A DNA stretch of 64,000 nucleotides from contig OZ176050.1 in the NCBI GenBank assembly GCA_964247055.1, positions 1 to 64,000 on the forward strand, given 5' to 3'. Position 1 is the stretch's first letter; each line of letters starts with the position of its first letter. The position numbers and the translations under genes were made by a program. This document shows positions 37,301-52,600 of the stretch, piece after piece. This DNA comes from Paragordius varius. Lineage: Eukaryota; Animalia; Nematomorpha. A model generated the notes under the pieces. The model worked only from the letters and a program-made list of their open reading frames with translations, ran no database searches and was not told the DNA's origin.

Positions 37301-40300
37301 GGGGATCGGACTATAAATGTAATTTTAAATATTTAAAAAATTTATTTTATACGATTTTAAGATAAAAATGGCTACCTAAAATCCAAATTTGATCAGGTGA
37401 TGTCACTATAATTTTTTTTGGGTAGCCCTATGGTAATTCCATCATCACCCCAAATATTTTGGGGATCGGAGTATAAATGTAATTTTTATGAATTTTTTAA
37501 ATATTTAAAAAATTTATTTTATACGATATTAAAAATAAAAATGGCTACCTAAAATCCAAATTTGATCAGGTGATGTCACCATAATTTTTTTTGGGTAGCC
37601 CTATGGTAGTTCCATCATCACCCCAAATATTTTCGAGATCGGAGTATAAATGTAATTTTTATGAATTTATTAAACATTTAAAAATTTATTTTATACGATT
37701 TTAAAAATAAAAATGGCTACCTAAAATCCAAATTTGATCAGGTGATGTCACTATAATTTTTTTTGGGTAGCCCTATGGTAGTTCCATCATCACCCCAAAT
37801 ATTTTCGAGATCGGAGTATAAATGTAATTTTTATGAATTTTTTAAATATTTAAAAATTTATTTTATACGATTTTAAAAATAAAAATGGCTACCTAAAATC
37901 CAAATTTGATCAGGTGATGTCACCATAATTTTTTTTGGGTAGCCCTATGGTAATTCCATCATCACCCCAAATATTTTGGGGATCGGACTATAAATGTAAT
38001 TTTTATGAATTTTTTAAATATTTAAAAAATTTATTTTATACGATTTTAAAAATAAAAATGGCTACCTAAAATCCAAATTTGATCAGGTGATGTCGCCATA
38101 ATTTTTTTTGCGTAGCCCTATGGTTGTTCCATCATCACCCCAAATATTTTGGGGATCGGACTATAAATGTAATTTTTATGAATTTTTTAAATATTTAAAA
38201 AATTTATTTTATACGATTTTAAAAATAAAAATGGCTACCTAAAATCCAAATTTGATCAGGTGATGTCACTATAATTTTTTTGGGTAGCCCTATGGTAGTT
38301 CCATCATCACCCCAAATATTGTCGAGATCGGAGTATAAATGTAATTTTTATGAATTTTTTAAATATTTAAAAAATTTATTTTATACGATATTAAAAATAA
38401 AATTGGCTACCTAAAATCCAAATTTGATCAGGTGATGTCACCATAATTTTTTTTGGGTAGCCCTATGGTAATTCCATCATCACCCCAAATATTTTGGGGA
38501 TCGGACTATAAATGTAATTTTTATGAATTTTTTAAATATTTAAAAAATTTATTTTATACGATTTTAAAAATAAAAATGGCTACCTAAAATCCAAATTTGA
38601 TCAGGTGATGTCGCCATAATTTTTTTTGCGTAGCCCTATGGTTGTTCCATCATCACCCCAAATATTTTGGGGATCGGACTATAAATGTAATTTTTATGAA
38701 TTTTTTAAATATTTAAAAAATTTATTTTATACGATTTAAAAAATAAAAATGGCTACCTAAAATCCAAATTTGATCAGGTGATGTCACTATAATTTTTTTG
38801 GGTAGCCCTATGGTAGTTCCATCATCACCCCAAATATTGTCGAGATCGGAGTATAAATGTAATTTTTATGAATTTTTTAAATATTTAAAAAATTTATTTT
38901 ATACGATATTAAAAATAAAATTGGCTACCTAAAATCCAAATTTGATCAGGTGATGTCACCATAATTTTTTTTGGGTAGCCCTATGGTAATTCCATCATCA
39001 CCCCAAATATTTTGGGGATCGGACTATAAATGTAATTTTTATGAATTTTTTAAATATTTAAAAAATTTATTTTATACGATTTTAAAAATAAAAATGGCTA
39101 CCTAAAATCCAAATTTGATCAGGTGATGTCACTATAATTTTTTTTGGGTAGCCCTATGGTAGTTCCATCATCACCCCAAATATTTTCGAGATCGGAGTAT
39201 AAATGTAATTTTTATGAATTTTTTAAATATTTAAAAATTTATTTTATACGATTTTAAAAATAAAAATGGCTACCTAAAATCCAAATTTGATCAGGTGATG
39301 TCGCCATAATTTTTTTTGGGTAGCCCTATGGTTGTTCCATCATCACCCCAAATATTTTGGGGATCGGACTATAAATGTAATTTTTATGAATTTTTTAAAT
39401 ATTTAAAAAATTTATTTTATACGATTTTAAAAATAAAAATGGCTACCTAAAATCCAAATTTGATCAGGTGATGTCACTATAATTTTTTTGGGTAGCCCTA
39501 TGGTAGTTCCATCATCACCCCAAATATTGTCGAGATCGGAGTATAAATGTAATTTTTATGAATTTTTTAAATATTTAAAAAATTTATTTTATACGATATT
39601 AAAAATAAAATTGGCTACCTAAAATCCAAATTTGATCAGGTGATGTCACCATAATTTTTTTTGGGTAGCCCTATGGTAATTCCATCATCACCCCAAATAT
39701 TTTGGGGATCGGACTATAAATGTAATTTTTATGAATTTTTTAAATATTTAAAAAATTTATTTTATACGATTTTAAAAATAAAAATGGCTACCTAAAATCC
39801 AAATTTGATCAGGTGATGTCACTATAATTTTTTTTGGGTAGCCCTATGGTAGTTCCATCATCACCCCAAATATTTTCGAGATCGGAGTATAAATGTAATT
39901 TTTATGAATTTTTTAAATATTTAAAAATTTATTTTATACGATTTTAAAAATAAAAATGGCTACCTAAAATCCAAATTTGATCAGGTGATGTCGCCATAAT
40001 TTTTTTTGGGTAGCCCTATGGTTGTTCCATCATCACCCCAAATATTTTGGGGATCGGACTATAAATGTAATTTTTATGAATTTTTTAAATATTTAAAAAA
40101 TTTATTTTATACGATTTTAAAAATAAAAATGGCTACCTAAAATCCAAATTTGATCAGGTGATGTCACTATAATTTTTTTTGGGTAGCCCTATGGTAGTTC
40201 CATCATCACCCCAAATATTGTCGAGATCGGAGTATAAATGTAATTTTTATGAATTTTTTAAATATTTAAAAAATTTATTTTATACGATATTAAAAATAAA

Positions 40301-43300
40301 ATTGGCTACCTAAAATCCAAATTTGATCAGGTGATGTCACCATAATTTTTTTTGGGTAGCCCTATGGTAATTCCATCATCACCCCAAATATTTTGGGGAT
40401 CGGACTATAAATGTAATTTTTATGAATTTTTTAAATATTTAAAAAATTTATTTTATACGATTTTAAAAATAAAAATGGCTACCTAAAATCCAAATTTGAT
40501 CAGGTGATGTCACTATAATTTTTTTGGGTAGCCCTATGGTAGTTCCATCACCCCAAATATTTTCGAGATCGGAGTATAAATGTAATTTTTATGAATTTTT
40601 TAAATATTTAAAAATTTATTTTATACGATTTTAAAAATAAAAATGGCTACCTAAAATCCAAATTTGATCAGGTGATGTCGCCATAATTTTTTTTGGGTAG
40701 CCCTATGGTAGTTCCATCATCACCCCAAATATTTTCGAGATCGGAGTATAAATGTAATTTTTTTGAATTTTTTAAATATTTAAAAAATTTATTTTATACG
40801 ATTTTAAAAATAAAAATGGCTACCTAAAATCCAAATTTGATCAGGTGATGTCGCCATAATTTTTTTTGCGTAGCCCTATGGTTGTTCCATCATCACCCCA
40901 AATATTTTGGGGATCGGACTATAAATGTAATTTTTATGAATTTTTTAAATATTTAAAAAATTTATTTTATACGATTTAAAAAATAAAAATGGCTACCTAA
41001 AATCCAAATTTGATCAGGTGATGTCACTATAATTTTTTTGGGTAGCCCTATGGTAGTTCCATCATCACCCCAAATATTGTCGAGATCGGAGTATAAATGT
41101 AATTTTTATGAATTTTTTAAATATTTAAAAAATTTATTTTATACGATATTAAAAATAAAATTGGCTACCTAAAATCCAAATTTGATCAGGTGATGTCACC
41201 ATAATTTTTTTTGGGTAGCCCTATGGTAATTCCATCATCACCCCAAATATTTTGGGGATCGGACTATAAATGTAATTTTTATGAATTTTTTAAATATTTA
41301 AAAAATTTATTTTATACGATTTTAAAAATAAAAATGGCTACCTAAAATCCAAATTTGATCAGGTGATGTCACTATAATTTTTTTTGGGTAGCCCTATGGT
41401 AGTTCCATCATCACCCCAAATATTTTCGAGATCGGAGTATAAATGTAATTTTTATGAATTTTTTAAATATTTAAAAATTTATTTTATACGATTTTAAAAA
41501 TAAAAATGGCTACCTAAAATCCAAATTTGATCAGGTGATGTCGCCATAATTTTTTTTGGGTAGCCCTATGGTTGTTCCATCATCACCCCAAATATTTTGG
41601 GGATCGGACTATAAATGTAATTTTTATGAATTTTTTAAATATTTAAAAAATTTATTTTATACGATTTTAAAAATAAAAATGGCTACCTAAAATCCAAATT
41701 TGATCAGGTGATGTCACTATAATTTTTTTTGGGTAGCCCTATGGTAGTTCCATCATCACCCCAAATATTGTCGAGATCGGAGTATAAATGTAATTTTTAT
41801 GAATTTTTTAAATATTTAAAAAATTTATTTTATACGATATTAAAAATAAAATTGGCTACCTAAAATCCAAATTTGATCAGGTGATGTCACCATAATTTTT
41901 TTTGGGTAGCCCTATGGTAATTCCATCATCACCCCAAATATTTTGGGGATCGGACTATAAATGTAATTTTTATGAATTTTTTAAATATTTAAAAAATTTA
42001 TTTTATACGATTTTAAAAATAAAAATGGCTACCTAAAATCCAAATTTGATCAGGTGATGTCACTATAATTTTTTTGGGTAGCCCTATGGTAGTTCCATCA
42101 CCCCAAATATTTTCGAGATCGGAGTATAAATGTAATTTTTATGAATTTTTTAAATATTTAAAAATTTATTTTATACGATTTTAAAAATAAAAATGGCTAC
42201 CTAAAATCCAAATTTGATCAGGTGATGTCGCCATAATTTTTTTTGGGTAGCCCTATGGTAGTTCCATCATCACCCCAAATATTTTCGAGATCGGAGTATA
42301 AATGTAATTTTTTTGAATTTTTTAAATATTTAAAAAATTTATTTTATACGATTTTAAAAATAAAAATGGCTACCTAAAATCCAAATTTGATCAGGTGATG
42401 TCGCCATAATTTTTTTTGCGTAGCCCTATGGTTGTTCCATCATCACCCCAAATATTTTGGGGATCGGACTATAAATGTAATTTTAAATATTTAAAAAATT
42501 TATTTTATACGATTTTAAAAATAAAAATGGCTACCTAAAATCCAAATTTGATCAGGTGATGTCACTATATTTTTTTTTGGGTAGCCCTATGGTAGTTCCA
42601 TCATCACCCCAAATATTTTCGAGATCGGAGTATAAATGTAATTTTTTTGAATTTTTTAAATATTTAAAAAATTTATTTTATACGATTTTAAGATAAAAAT
42701 GGCTACCTAAAATCCAAATTTGATCAGGTGATGTCACTATAATTTTTTTTGGGTAGCCCTATGGTAATTCCATCATCACCCCAAATATTTTGGGGATCGG
42801 AGTATAAATGTAATTTTTATGAATTTTTTAAATATTTAAAAAATTTATTTTATACGATATTAAAAATAAAAATGGCTACCTAAAATCCAAATTTGATCAG
42901 GTGATGTCACCATAATTTTTTTTGGGTAGCCCTATGGTATTTCCATCATCACCCCAAATATTTTCGAGATCTGAGTATAAATGTAATTTTTATGAATTTA
43001 TTAAACATTTAAAAATTTATTTTATACGATTTTAAAAATAAAAATGGCTACCTAAAATCCAAATTTGATCAGGTGATGTCACTATAATTTTTTTTGGGTA
43101 GCCCTATGGTAGTTCCATCATCACCCCAAATATTTTCGAGATCGGAGTATAAATGTAATTTTTATGAATTTTTTAAATATTTAAAAATTTATTTTATACG
43201 ATTTTAAAAATAAAAATGGCTACCTAAAATCCAAATTTGATCAGGTGATGTCACCATAATTTTTTTTGGGTAGCCCTATGGTAATTCCATCATCACCCCA

Positions 43301-43399
43301 AATATTTTGGGGATCGGACTATAAATGTAATTTTTATGAATTTTTTAAATATTTAAAAAATTTATTTTATACGATTTTAAAAATAAAAATGGCTACCTA

Positions 43400-45420
43400 A
43401 AATCCAAATTTGATCAGGTGATGTCGCCATAATTTTTTTTGCGTAGCCCTATGGTTGTTCCATCATCACCCCAAATATTTTGGGGATCGGACTATAAATG
43501 TAATTTTAAATATTTAAAAAATTTTAAAAATAAAAATGGCTACCTAAAATCCAAATTTGATCAGGTGATGTCACTATATTTTTTTTTGGGTAGCCCTATG
43601 GTAGTTCCATCATCACCCCAAATATTTTCGAGATCGGAGTATAAATGTAATTTTTTTGAATTTTTTAAATATTTAAAAAATTTATTTTATACGATTTTAC
43701 GATAAAAATGGCTACCTAAAATCCAAATTTGATCAGGTGATGTCACTATAATTTTTTTTGGGTAGCCCTATGGTAATTCCATTATCACCCCAAATATTTT
43801 GGGGATCGGAGTATAAATGTAATTTTTATGAATTTTTTAAATATTTAAAAAATTTATTTTATACGATATTAAAAATAAAAATGGCTACCTAAAATCCAAA
43901 TTTGATCAGGTGATGTCACCATAACTTTTTTTGGGTAGCCCTATGGTAGTTCCATCATCACCCCAAATATTTTCGAGATCGGAGTATAAATGTAATTTTT
44001 ATGAATTTATTAAACATTTAAAAATTTATTTTATACGATTTTAAAAATATAAATGGCTACCTAAAATCCAAATTTTATCAGGTGATGTCGCCATAATTTT
44101 TTTTGGGTAGCCCTATGGTAGTTCCATCATCACCCCAAATATTTTCGAGATCGGAGTATAAATGTAATTTTTTTAAATTTTTTAAATATTTAAAAAATTT
44201 ATTTTATACGATTTTAAAAATAAAAATGGCTACCTAAAATCCAAATTTGATCAGATGATGTCACCATAATTTTTTTTGGGTAGCCCTATGGTAGTTCCAT
44301 CATCACCCCAAATATTTTGGGGATCGGACTATAAATGTAATTTTTATGAATTTTTTAAATATTTAAAAAATTTATTTTATACGATTTTAAAAATAAAAAT
44401 GGCTACCTAAAATCCAAATTTGATCAGGTGATGTCGCCATAATTTTTTTTGCGTAGCCCTATGGTTGTTCCATCATCACCCCAAATATTTTGGGGATCGG
44501 ACTATAAATGTAATTTTAAATATTTAAAAAATTTTAAAAATAAAAATGGCTACCTAAAATCCAAATTTGATCAGGTGATGTCACTATATTTTTTTTTGGG
44601 TAGCCCTATGGTAGTTCCATCATCACCCCAAATATTTTCGAGATCGGAGTATAAATGTAATTTTTTTGAATTTTTTAAATATTTAAAAAATTTATTTTAT
44701 ACGATTTTACGATAAAAATGGCTACCTAAAATCCAAATTTGATCAGGTGATGTCACTATAATTTTTTTTGGGTAGCCCTATGGTAATTCCATTATCACCC
44801 CAAATATTTTGGGGATCGGAGTATAAATGTAATTTTTATGAATTTTTTAAATATTTAAAAAATTTATTTTATACGATATTAAAAATAAAAATGGCTACCT
44901 AAAATCCAAATTTGATCAGGTGATGTCACCATAACTTTTTTTGGGTAGCCCTATGGTAGTTCCATCATCACCCCAAATATTTTCGAGATCGGAGTATAAA
45001 TGTAATTTTTATGAATTTATTAAACATTTAAAAATTTATTTTATACGATTTTAAAAATATAAATGGCTACCTAAAATCCAAATTTTATCAGGTGATGTCG
45101 CCATAATTTTTTTTGGGTAGCCCTATGGTAGTTCCATCATCACCCCAAATATTTTCGAGATCGGAGTATAAATGTAATTTTTTTAAATTTTTTAAATATT
45201 TAAAAAATTTATTTTATACGATTTTAAAAATAAAAATGGCTACCTAAAATCCAAATTTGATCAGATGATGTCACCATAATTTTTTTTGGGTAGCCCTATG
45301 GTAGTTCCATCATCACCACAAATATTTTGGGGATCGGACTATAAATGTAACTTTTATGAATTTTTTAAATATTTAAAAATTTATTTTATACGATTTTAAA
45401 AATAAAAATGGCTACCTAAA
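43400..45420 (+). repeat. 1010-bp (6-monomer) near-exact higher-order duplication carrying a shortened monomer
   Basis: Identical spurious ORFs at 43439 and 44449. A double-deletion monomer (GTAATTTTAAATATTTAAAAAATTTTAAAAATAAAA) at about 43500 and 44510. ACGATTTTACGATAAAA at about 43690 and 44700. Confidence 0.9.
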
Positions 45421-48400
45421 ATCCAAATTTGATCAGGTGATGTCACCATAATTTTTTTTGGGTAGCCCTATGGTAATTCCATCATCACCCCAAATATTTT
45501 GGGGATCGGACTATAAATGTAATTTTTATGAATTTTTTAAATATTTAAAAAATTTATTTTATACGATTTTAAAAATAAAAATGGCTACCTAAAATCCAAA
45601 TTTGATCAGGTGATGTCGCCATAATTTTTTTTGCGTAGCCCTATGGTTGTTCCATCATCACCCCAAATATTTTGGGGATCGGACTATAAATGTAATTTTT
45701 ATGAATTTTTTAAATATTTAAAAAATTTATTTTATACGATTTTAAAAATAAAAATGGCTACCTAAAATCCAAATTTGATCAGGTGATGTCACTATAATTT
45801 TTTTTGGGTACCCCTATGGTAGTTCCATCATCACCCCAAATATTGTCGAGATCGGAGTATAAATGTAATTTTTATGAATTTTTTAAATATTTAAAAAATT
45901 TATTTTATACGATATTAAAAATAAAATTGGCTACCTAAAATCCAAATTTGATCAGGTGATGTCACCATAATTTTTTTTGGGTAGCCCTATGGTAATTCCA
46001 TCATCACCCCAAATATTTTGGGGATCGGACTATAAATGTAATTTTTATGAATTTTTTAAATATTTAAAAAATTTATTTTATACGATTTTAAAAATAAAAA
46101 TGGCTACCTAAAATCCAAATTTGATCAGGTGATGTCACTATAATTTTTTTTGGGTAGCCCTATGGTAGTTCCATCATCACCCCAAATATTTTCGAGATCG
46201 GAGTATAAATGTAATTTTTATGAATTTTTTAAATATTTAAAAATTTATTTTATACGATTTTAAAAATAAAAATGGCTACCTAAAATCCAAATTTGATCAG
46301 GTGATGTCGCCATAATTTTTTTTGGGTAGCCCTATGGTAGTTCCATCATCACCCCAAATATTTTCGAGATCGGAGTATAAATGTAATTTTTTTGAATTTT
46401 TTAAATATTTAAAAAATTTATTTTATACGATTTTAAAAATAAAAATGGCTACCTAAAATCCAAATTTGATCAGGTGATGTCGCCATAATTTTTTTTGCGT
46501 AGCCCTATGGTTGTTCCATCATCACCCCAAATATTTTGGGGATCGGACTATAAATGTAATTTTAAATATTTAAAAAATTTATTTTATACGATTTTAAAAA
46601 TAAAAATGGCTACCTAAAATCCAAATTTGATCAGGTGATGTCACTATATTTTTTTTTGGGTAGCCCTATGGTAGTTCCATCATCACCCCAAATATTTTCG
46701 AGATCGGAGTATAAATGTAATTTTTTTGAATTTTTTAAATATTTAAAAAATTTATTTTATACGATTTTACGATAAAAATGGCTACCTAAAATCCAAATTT
46801 GATCAGGTGATGTCACTATAATTTTTTTTGGGTAGCCCTATGGTAATTCCATCATCACCCCAATTTTGGGGATCGGAGTATAAATGTAATTTTTATGAAT
46901 TTTTTAAATATTTAAAAAATTTATTTTATACAATATAAAAAATAAAAATGGCTACCTAAAATCCAAATTTGATCAGGTGATGTCACCATAATTTTTTTTG
47001 GGTAGCCCTATGGTAGTTCCATCATCACCCCAAATATTTTCGAGATCGGAGTATAAATGTAATTTTTATGAATTTATTAAACATTTAAAAATTTATTTTA
47101 TACGATTTTAAAAATATAAATGGCTACCTAAAATCCAAATTTTATCAGGTGATGTCGCCATAATTTTTTTTGGGTAGCCCTATGGTAGTTCCATCATCAC
47201 CCCAAATATTTTCGAGATCGGAGTATAAATGTAATTTTTTTGAATTTTTTAAATATTTAAAAAATTTATTTTATACGATTTTAAAAATAAAAATGGCTAC
47301 CTAAAATCCAAATTTGATCAGGTGATGTCACTATAATTTTTTTTGGGTAGCCCTATGGTAGTTCCATCATCACCCCAAATATTGTCGAGATCGGAGTATA
47401 AATGTAATTTTTATGAATTTTTTAAATATTTAAAAAATTTATTTTATACGATTTTAAAAATAAAAATCGCTACCTAAAATCCAAATTTGATCAGGTGATG
47501 TCACTATATTTTTTTTTGGGTAGCCCTATGGTAGTTCCATCATCACCCCAAATATTTTGGGGATCGGACTAAAAATGTAATTTTTATGAATTTATTAAAC
47601 ATTTAAAAAATTTATTTTATACGATTTTAAAAATAAAAATGGCTACCTAAAATCCAAATTTGATCAGGTGATGTCACTATAATTTTTTTTGGGTAGCCCT
47701 ATGGTAGTTCCATCATCACCCCAAATATTTTCGAGATCGGAGTATAAATGTAATTTTTATAAATTTTTTAAATATTTAAAAAATTTATTTTATACGATTT
47801 TAAAAATAAAAATGGCTACCTAAAATCCAAATTTGATCAGGTGATGTCACCATAATTTTTTTTGGGTAGCCCTATGGTAGTTCCATCATCACCCCAAATA
47901 TTTTGGGGATCGGACTATAAATGTAATTTTTATGAATTTTTTAAATATTTAAAAAATTGATTTTATACGATTTTAAAAATAAAAATGGCTACCTAAAATC
48001 CAAATTTGATCAGGTGATGTCACCATAATTTTTTTTGGGTAGCCCTATGGTAATTCCATCATCATCCCAAATATTGTCGAGATCGGAGTATAAATGTAAT
48101 TTTTTTGAATTTTTTAAATATTTAAAAAATTTATTTTATACGATTTTAAAAATAAAAATGGCTACCTAAAATCCAAATTTGATCAGATGATGTCACCATA
48201 ATTTTTTTTGGGTAGCCCTATGGTAGTTCCATCATCACCACAAATATTTTGGGGATCGGACTATAAATGTAACTTTTATGAATTTTTTAAATATTTAAAA
48301 AATTTATTTTATACGATTTTAAAAATAAAAATGGCTACCTAAAATCCAAATTTGATCAGGTGATGTCACCATAATTTTTTTTGTGTAGCCCTATGGTAGT

Positions 48401-49699
48401 TCCATCATCACCCCAAATAGTTTCGAGATCGGAGTATAAATGTAATTTTTATGAATTTTTTAAATATTTAAAAAATTTATTTTATACGATTTTAAAAATA
48501 AAAATGGCTACCTAGAATCCAAATTTAATCAGGTGATGTCACTATAATTTTTTTTGGGTAGCCCTATGGTAGTTCCATCATCACCCCAAATATTGTCGAG
48601 ATCGGAGTATAAATATAATTTTTATGAATTTTTTAAATATTTAAAAAATTTATTTTATACGATTTTAAAAATAAAAATGGCTACCTAAAATCCAAATTTG
48701 ATCAGGTGATGTCACCATAATTTTTTTTGGGTAGCCCTATGGTAGTTCCATCATCACCCCAAATATTTTCGAGATCGGAGTATAAATGTAATTTTTATGA
48801 ATTTTTTAAATATTTAAAAAATTTATTTTATACGATTTTAAAAATAAAAATGGCTACCTAAAATCCAAATTTGATCAGGTGATGTCACCATAATTTTTTT
48901 TGGGTAGCCTATGGTAGTTCCATCATCACCCCAAATATTGTCGAGATCGGAGTATAAATGTAATTTTTATGAATTTTTTAAATATTTAAAAAATTTATTT
49001 TATACGATTTTAAAAATAAAAATGGCTACCTAAAATCCAAATTTGATCAGGTGATGTCACCATAATTTTTTTTGCGTAGCCCTATGGTTGTTCCATCATC
49101 ACCCCAAATATTTTGGGGATCGGACTATAAATGTAATTTTTATGAATTTTTTAAATATTTAAAAAATTTATTTTATACGATTTTAAAAATAAAAATGGCT
49201 ACCTAAAATCCAAATTTGATCAGGTGATGTCGCCATAATTTTTTTTGGGTAGCCCTATGGTAGTTCCATCATCACCCCAAATATTTTCGAGATCGGAGTA
49301 TAAATGTAATTTTTTTGAATTTTTTAAATATTTAAAAAATTTATTTTATACGATTTTAAAAATAAAAATGGCTACCTAAAATCCAAATTTGATCAGATGA
49401 TGTCACCATAATTTTTTTTGGGTAGCCCTATGGTAGTTCCATCATCACCACAAATATTTTGGGGATCGGACTATAAATGTAATTTTTATGAATTTTTTAA
49501 ATATTTAAAAAATTTATTTTATACGATTTTAAAAATAAAAATGGCTACCTAAAATCCAAATTTGATCAGGTGATGTCACCATAATTTTTTTTGGGTAGCC
49601 CTATGGTAGTTCCATCATCACCCCAAATATTTTCGAGATCGGAGTATAAATGTAATTTTTATGAATTTTTTAAATATTTAAAAAATTTATTTTATACGA

Positions 49700-52600
49700 T
49701 TTTAAAAATAAAAATGGCTACCTAGAATCCAAATTTAATCAGGTGATACCATAATTTTTTTTGGGTGGCCCTATGGTTGTTCCATCATCACCCCAAATAT
49801 TGTCGAGATCGGAGTATAAATGTAATTTTTTTGAATTTTTTAAATATTTAAAAAATTTATTTTATACGATTTTAAAAATAAAAATGGCTACCTAAAATCC
49901 AAATTTGATCAGGTGATGTCGCCATAATTTTTTTTGCGCAGCCCTATGGTAGTTCCATCATCACCCCAAATATTTTGGGGATCGGACTATAAATGTAATT
50001 TTTATGAATTTTTTAAATATTTAAAAAATTTATTTTATACGATTTTAAAAATAAAAATGGCTACCTAAAATCCAAATTTGATCAGATGATGTCACCATAA
50101 TTTTTTTTGGGTAGCCCTATGGTAGTTCCATCATCACCACAAATATTTTGGGGATCGGACTATAAATGTAATTTTTATGAATTTTTTAAATATTTAAAAA
50201 ATTTATTTTATACGATTTTAAAAATAAAAATGGCTACCTAAAATCCAAATTTGATCAGGTGATGTCACCATAATTTTTTTTGGGTAGCCCTATGGTAGTT
50301 CCATCATCACCCCAAATATTTTCGAGATCGGAGTATAAATGTAATTTTTATGAATTTTTTAAATATTTAAAAAATTTATTTTATACGATTTTAAAAATAA
50401 AAATGGCTACCTAAAATCCAAATTTGATCAGGTGATGTCACCATAATTTTTTTTGGGTAGCCTATGGTAGTTCCATCATCACCCCAAATATTGTTGAGAT
50501 CGGAGTATAAATGTAATTTTTATGAATTTTTTAAATATTTAAAAAATTTATTTTATACGATTTTAAAAATAAAAATGGCTACCTAAAATCCAAATTTGAT
50601 CAGGTGATGTCACCATAATTTTTTTTGCGTAGCCCTATGGTTGTTCCATCATCACCCCAAATATTTTGGGGATCGGACTATAAATGTAATTTTTATGAAT
50701 TTTTTAAATATTTAAAAAATTTATTTTATACGATTTTAAAAATAAAAATGGCTACCTAAAATCCAAATTTGATCAGGTGATGTCGCCATAATTTTTTTTG
50801 GGTAGCCCTATGGTAGTTCCATCATCACCCCAAATATTTTCGAGATCGGAGTATAAATGTAATTTTTTTGAATTTTTTAAATATTTAAAAAATTTATTTT
50901 ATACGATTTTAAAAATAAAAATGGCTACCTAAAATCCAAATTTGATCAGATGATGTCACCATAATTTTTTTTGGGTAGCCCTATGGTAGTTCCATCATCA
51001 CCACAAATATTTAGGGGATCGGACTATAAATGTAATTTTTATGAATTTTTTAAATATTTAAAAAATTTATTTTATACGATTTTAAAAATAAAAATGGCTA
51101 CCTAAAATCCAAATTTGATCAGGTGATGTCACCATAATTTTTTTTGGGTAGCCCTATGGTAGTTCCATCATCACCCCAAATATTTTCGAGATCGGAGTAT
51201 AAATGTAATTTTTATGAATTTTTTAAATATTTAAAAAATTTATTTTATACGATTTTAAAAATAAAAATGGCTACCTAGAATCCAAATTTAATCAGGTGAT
51301 ACCATAATTTTTTTTGGGTGGCCCTATGGTTGTTCCATCATCACCCCAAATATTGTCGAGATCGGAGTATAAATGTAATTTTTTTGAATTTTTTAAATAT
51401 TTAAAAAATTTATTTTATACGATTTTAAAAATAAAAATGGCTACCTAAAATCCAAATTTGATCAGGTGATGTCGCCATAATTTTTTTTGCGCAGCCCTAT
51501 GGTAGTTCCATCATCACCCCAAATATTTTGGGGATCGGACTATAAATGTAATTTTTATGAATTTTTTAAATATTTAAAAAATTTATTTTATACGATTTTA
51601 AAAATAAAAATGGCTACCTAAAATCCAAATTTGATCAGGTGATGTCACCATAATTTTTTTTGGGTAGCCCTATGGTAGTTCCATCATCACCCCAAATATT
51701 TTCGAGATCGGAGTATAAATGTAATTTTTATGAATTTTTTAAATATTTAAAAAATTTATTTTATACGATTTTAAAAATAAAAATGGCTACCTAAAATCCA
51801 AATTTGATCAGGTGATGTCACCATAATTTTTTTTGGGTAGCCCTATGGTAGTTCCATCATCACCCCAAATATTGTCGAGATCGGAGTATAAATGTAATTT
51901 TTATGAATTTTTTAAATATTTAAAAAATTTATTTTATACGATTTTTAAAATAAAAATGGCTACCTAGAATCCAAATTTGATCAGGTGATGTCACCATAAT
52001 TTTTTTTGGGTAGCCCTATGGTAATTCCATCATCACCCCAAATATTTTCGAGATCGGAGTATAAATGTAATTTTTTTGAATTTTTTAAATATTTAAAAAA
52101 TTTATTTTATACAATTTTAAAAATAAAAATGGCTACCTAAAATCCAAATTTGATCAGGTGATGTCACCATAATTTTTTTTGCGTAGCCCTATGGTTGTTC
52201 CATCATCACCCCAAATATTTTGGGGATCGGACTATAAATGTAATTTTTATGAATTTTTTAAATATTTAAAAAATTTATTTTATACGATTTTAAAAATAAA
52301 AATGGCTACCTAAAATCCAAATTTGATCAGGTGATGTCGCCATAATTTTTTTTGGGTAGCCCTATGGTAGTTCCATCATCACCCCAAATATTTTCGAGAT
52401 CGGAGTATAAATGTAATTTTTTTGAATTTTTTAAATATTTAAAAAATTTATTTTATACGATTTTAAAAATAAAAATGGCTACCTAAAATCCAAATTTGAT
52501 CAGATGATGTCACCATAATTTTTTTTGGGTAGCCCTATGGTAGTTCCATCATCACCACAAATATTTTGGGGATCGGACTATAAATGTTATTTTTATGAAT

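Noticed and set aside
43439-44715. Two identical 88-aa ORFs (43439-43705 and 44449-44715)
   Set aside because: Chance open frames created by deletions in satellite monomers and duplicated with the 1010-bp higher-order repeat.
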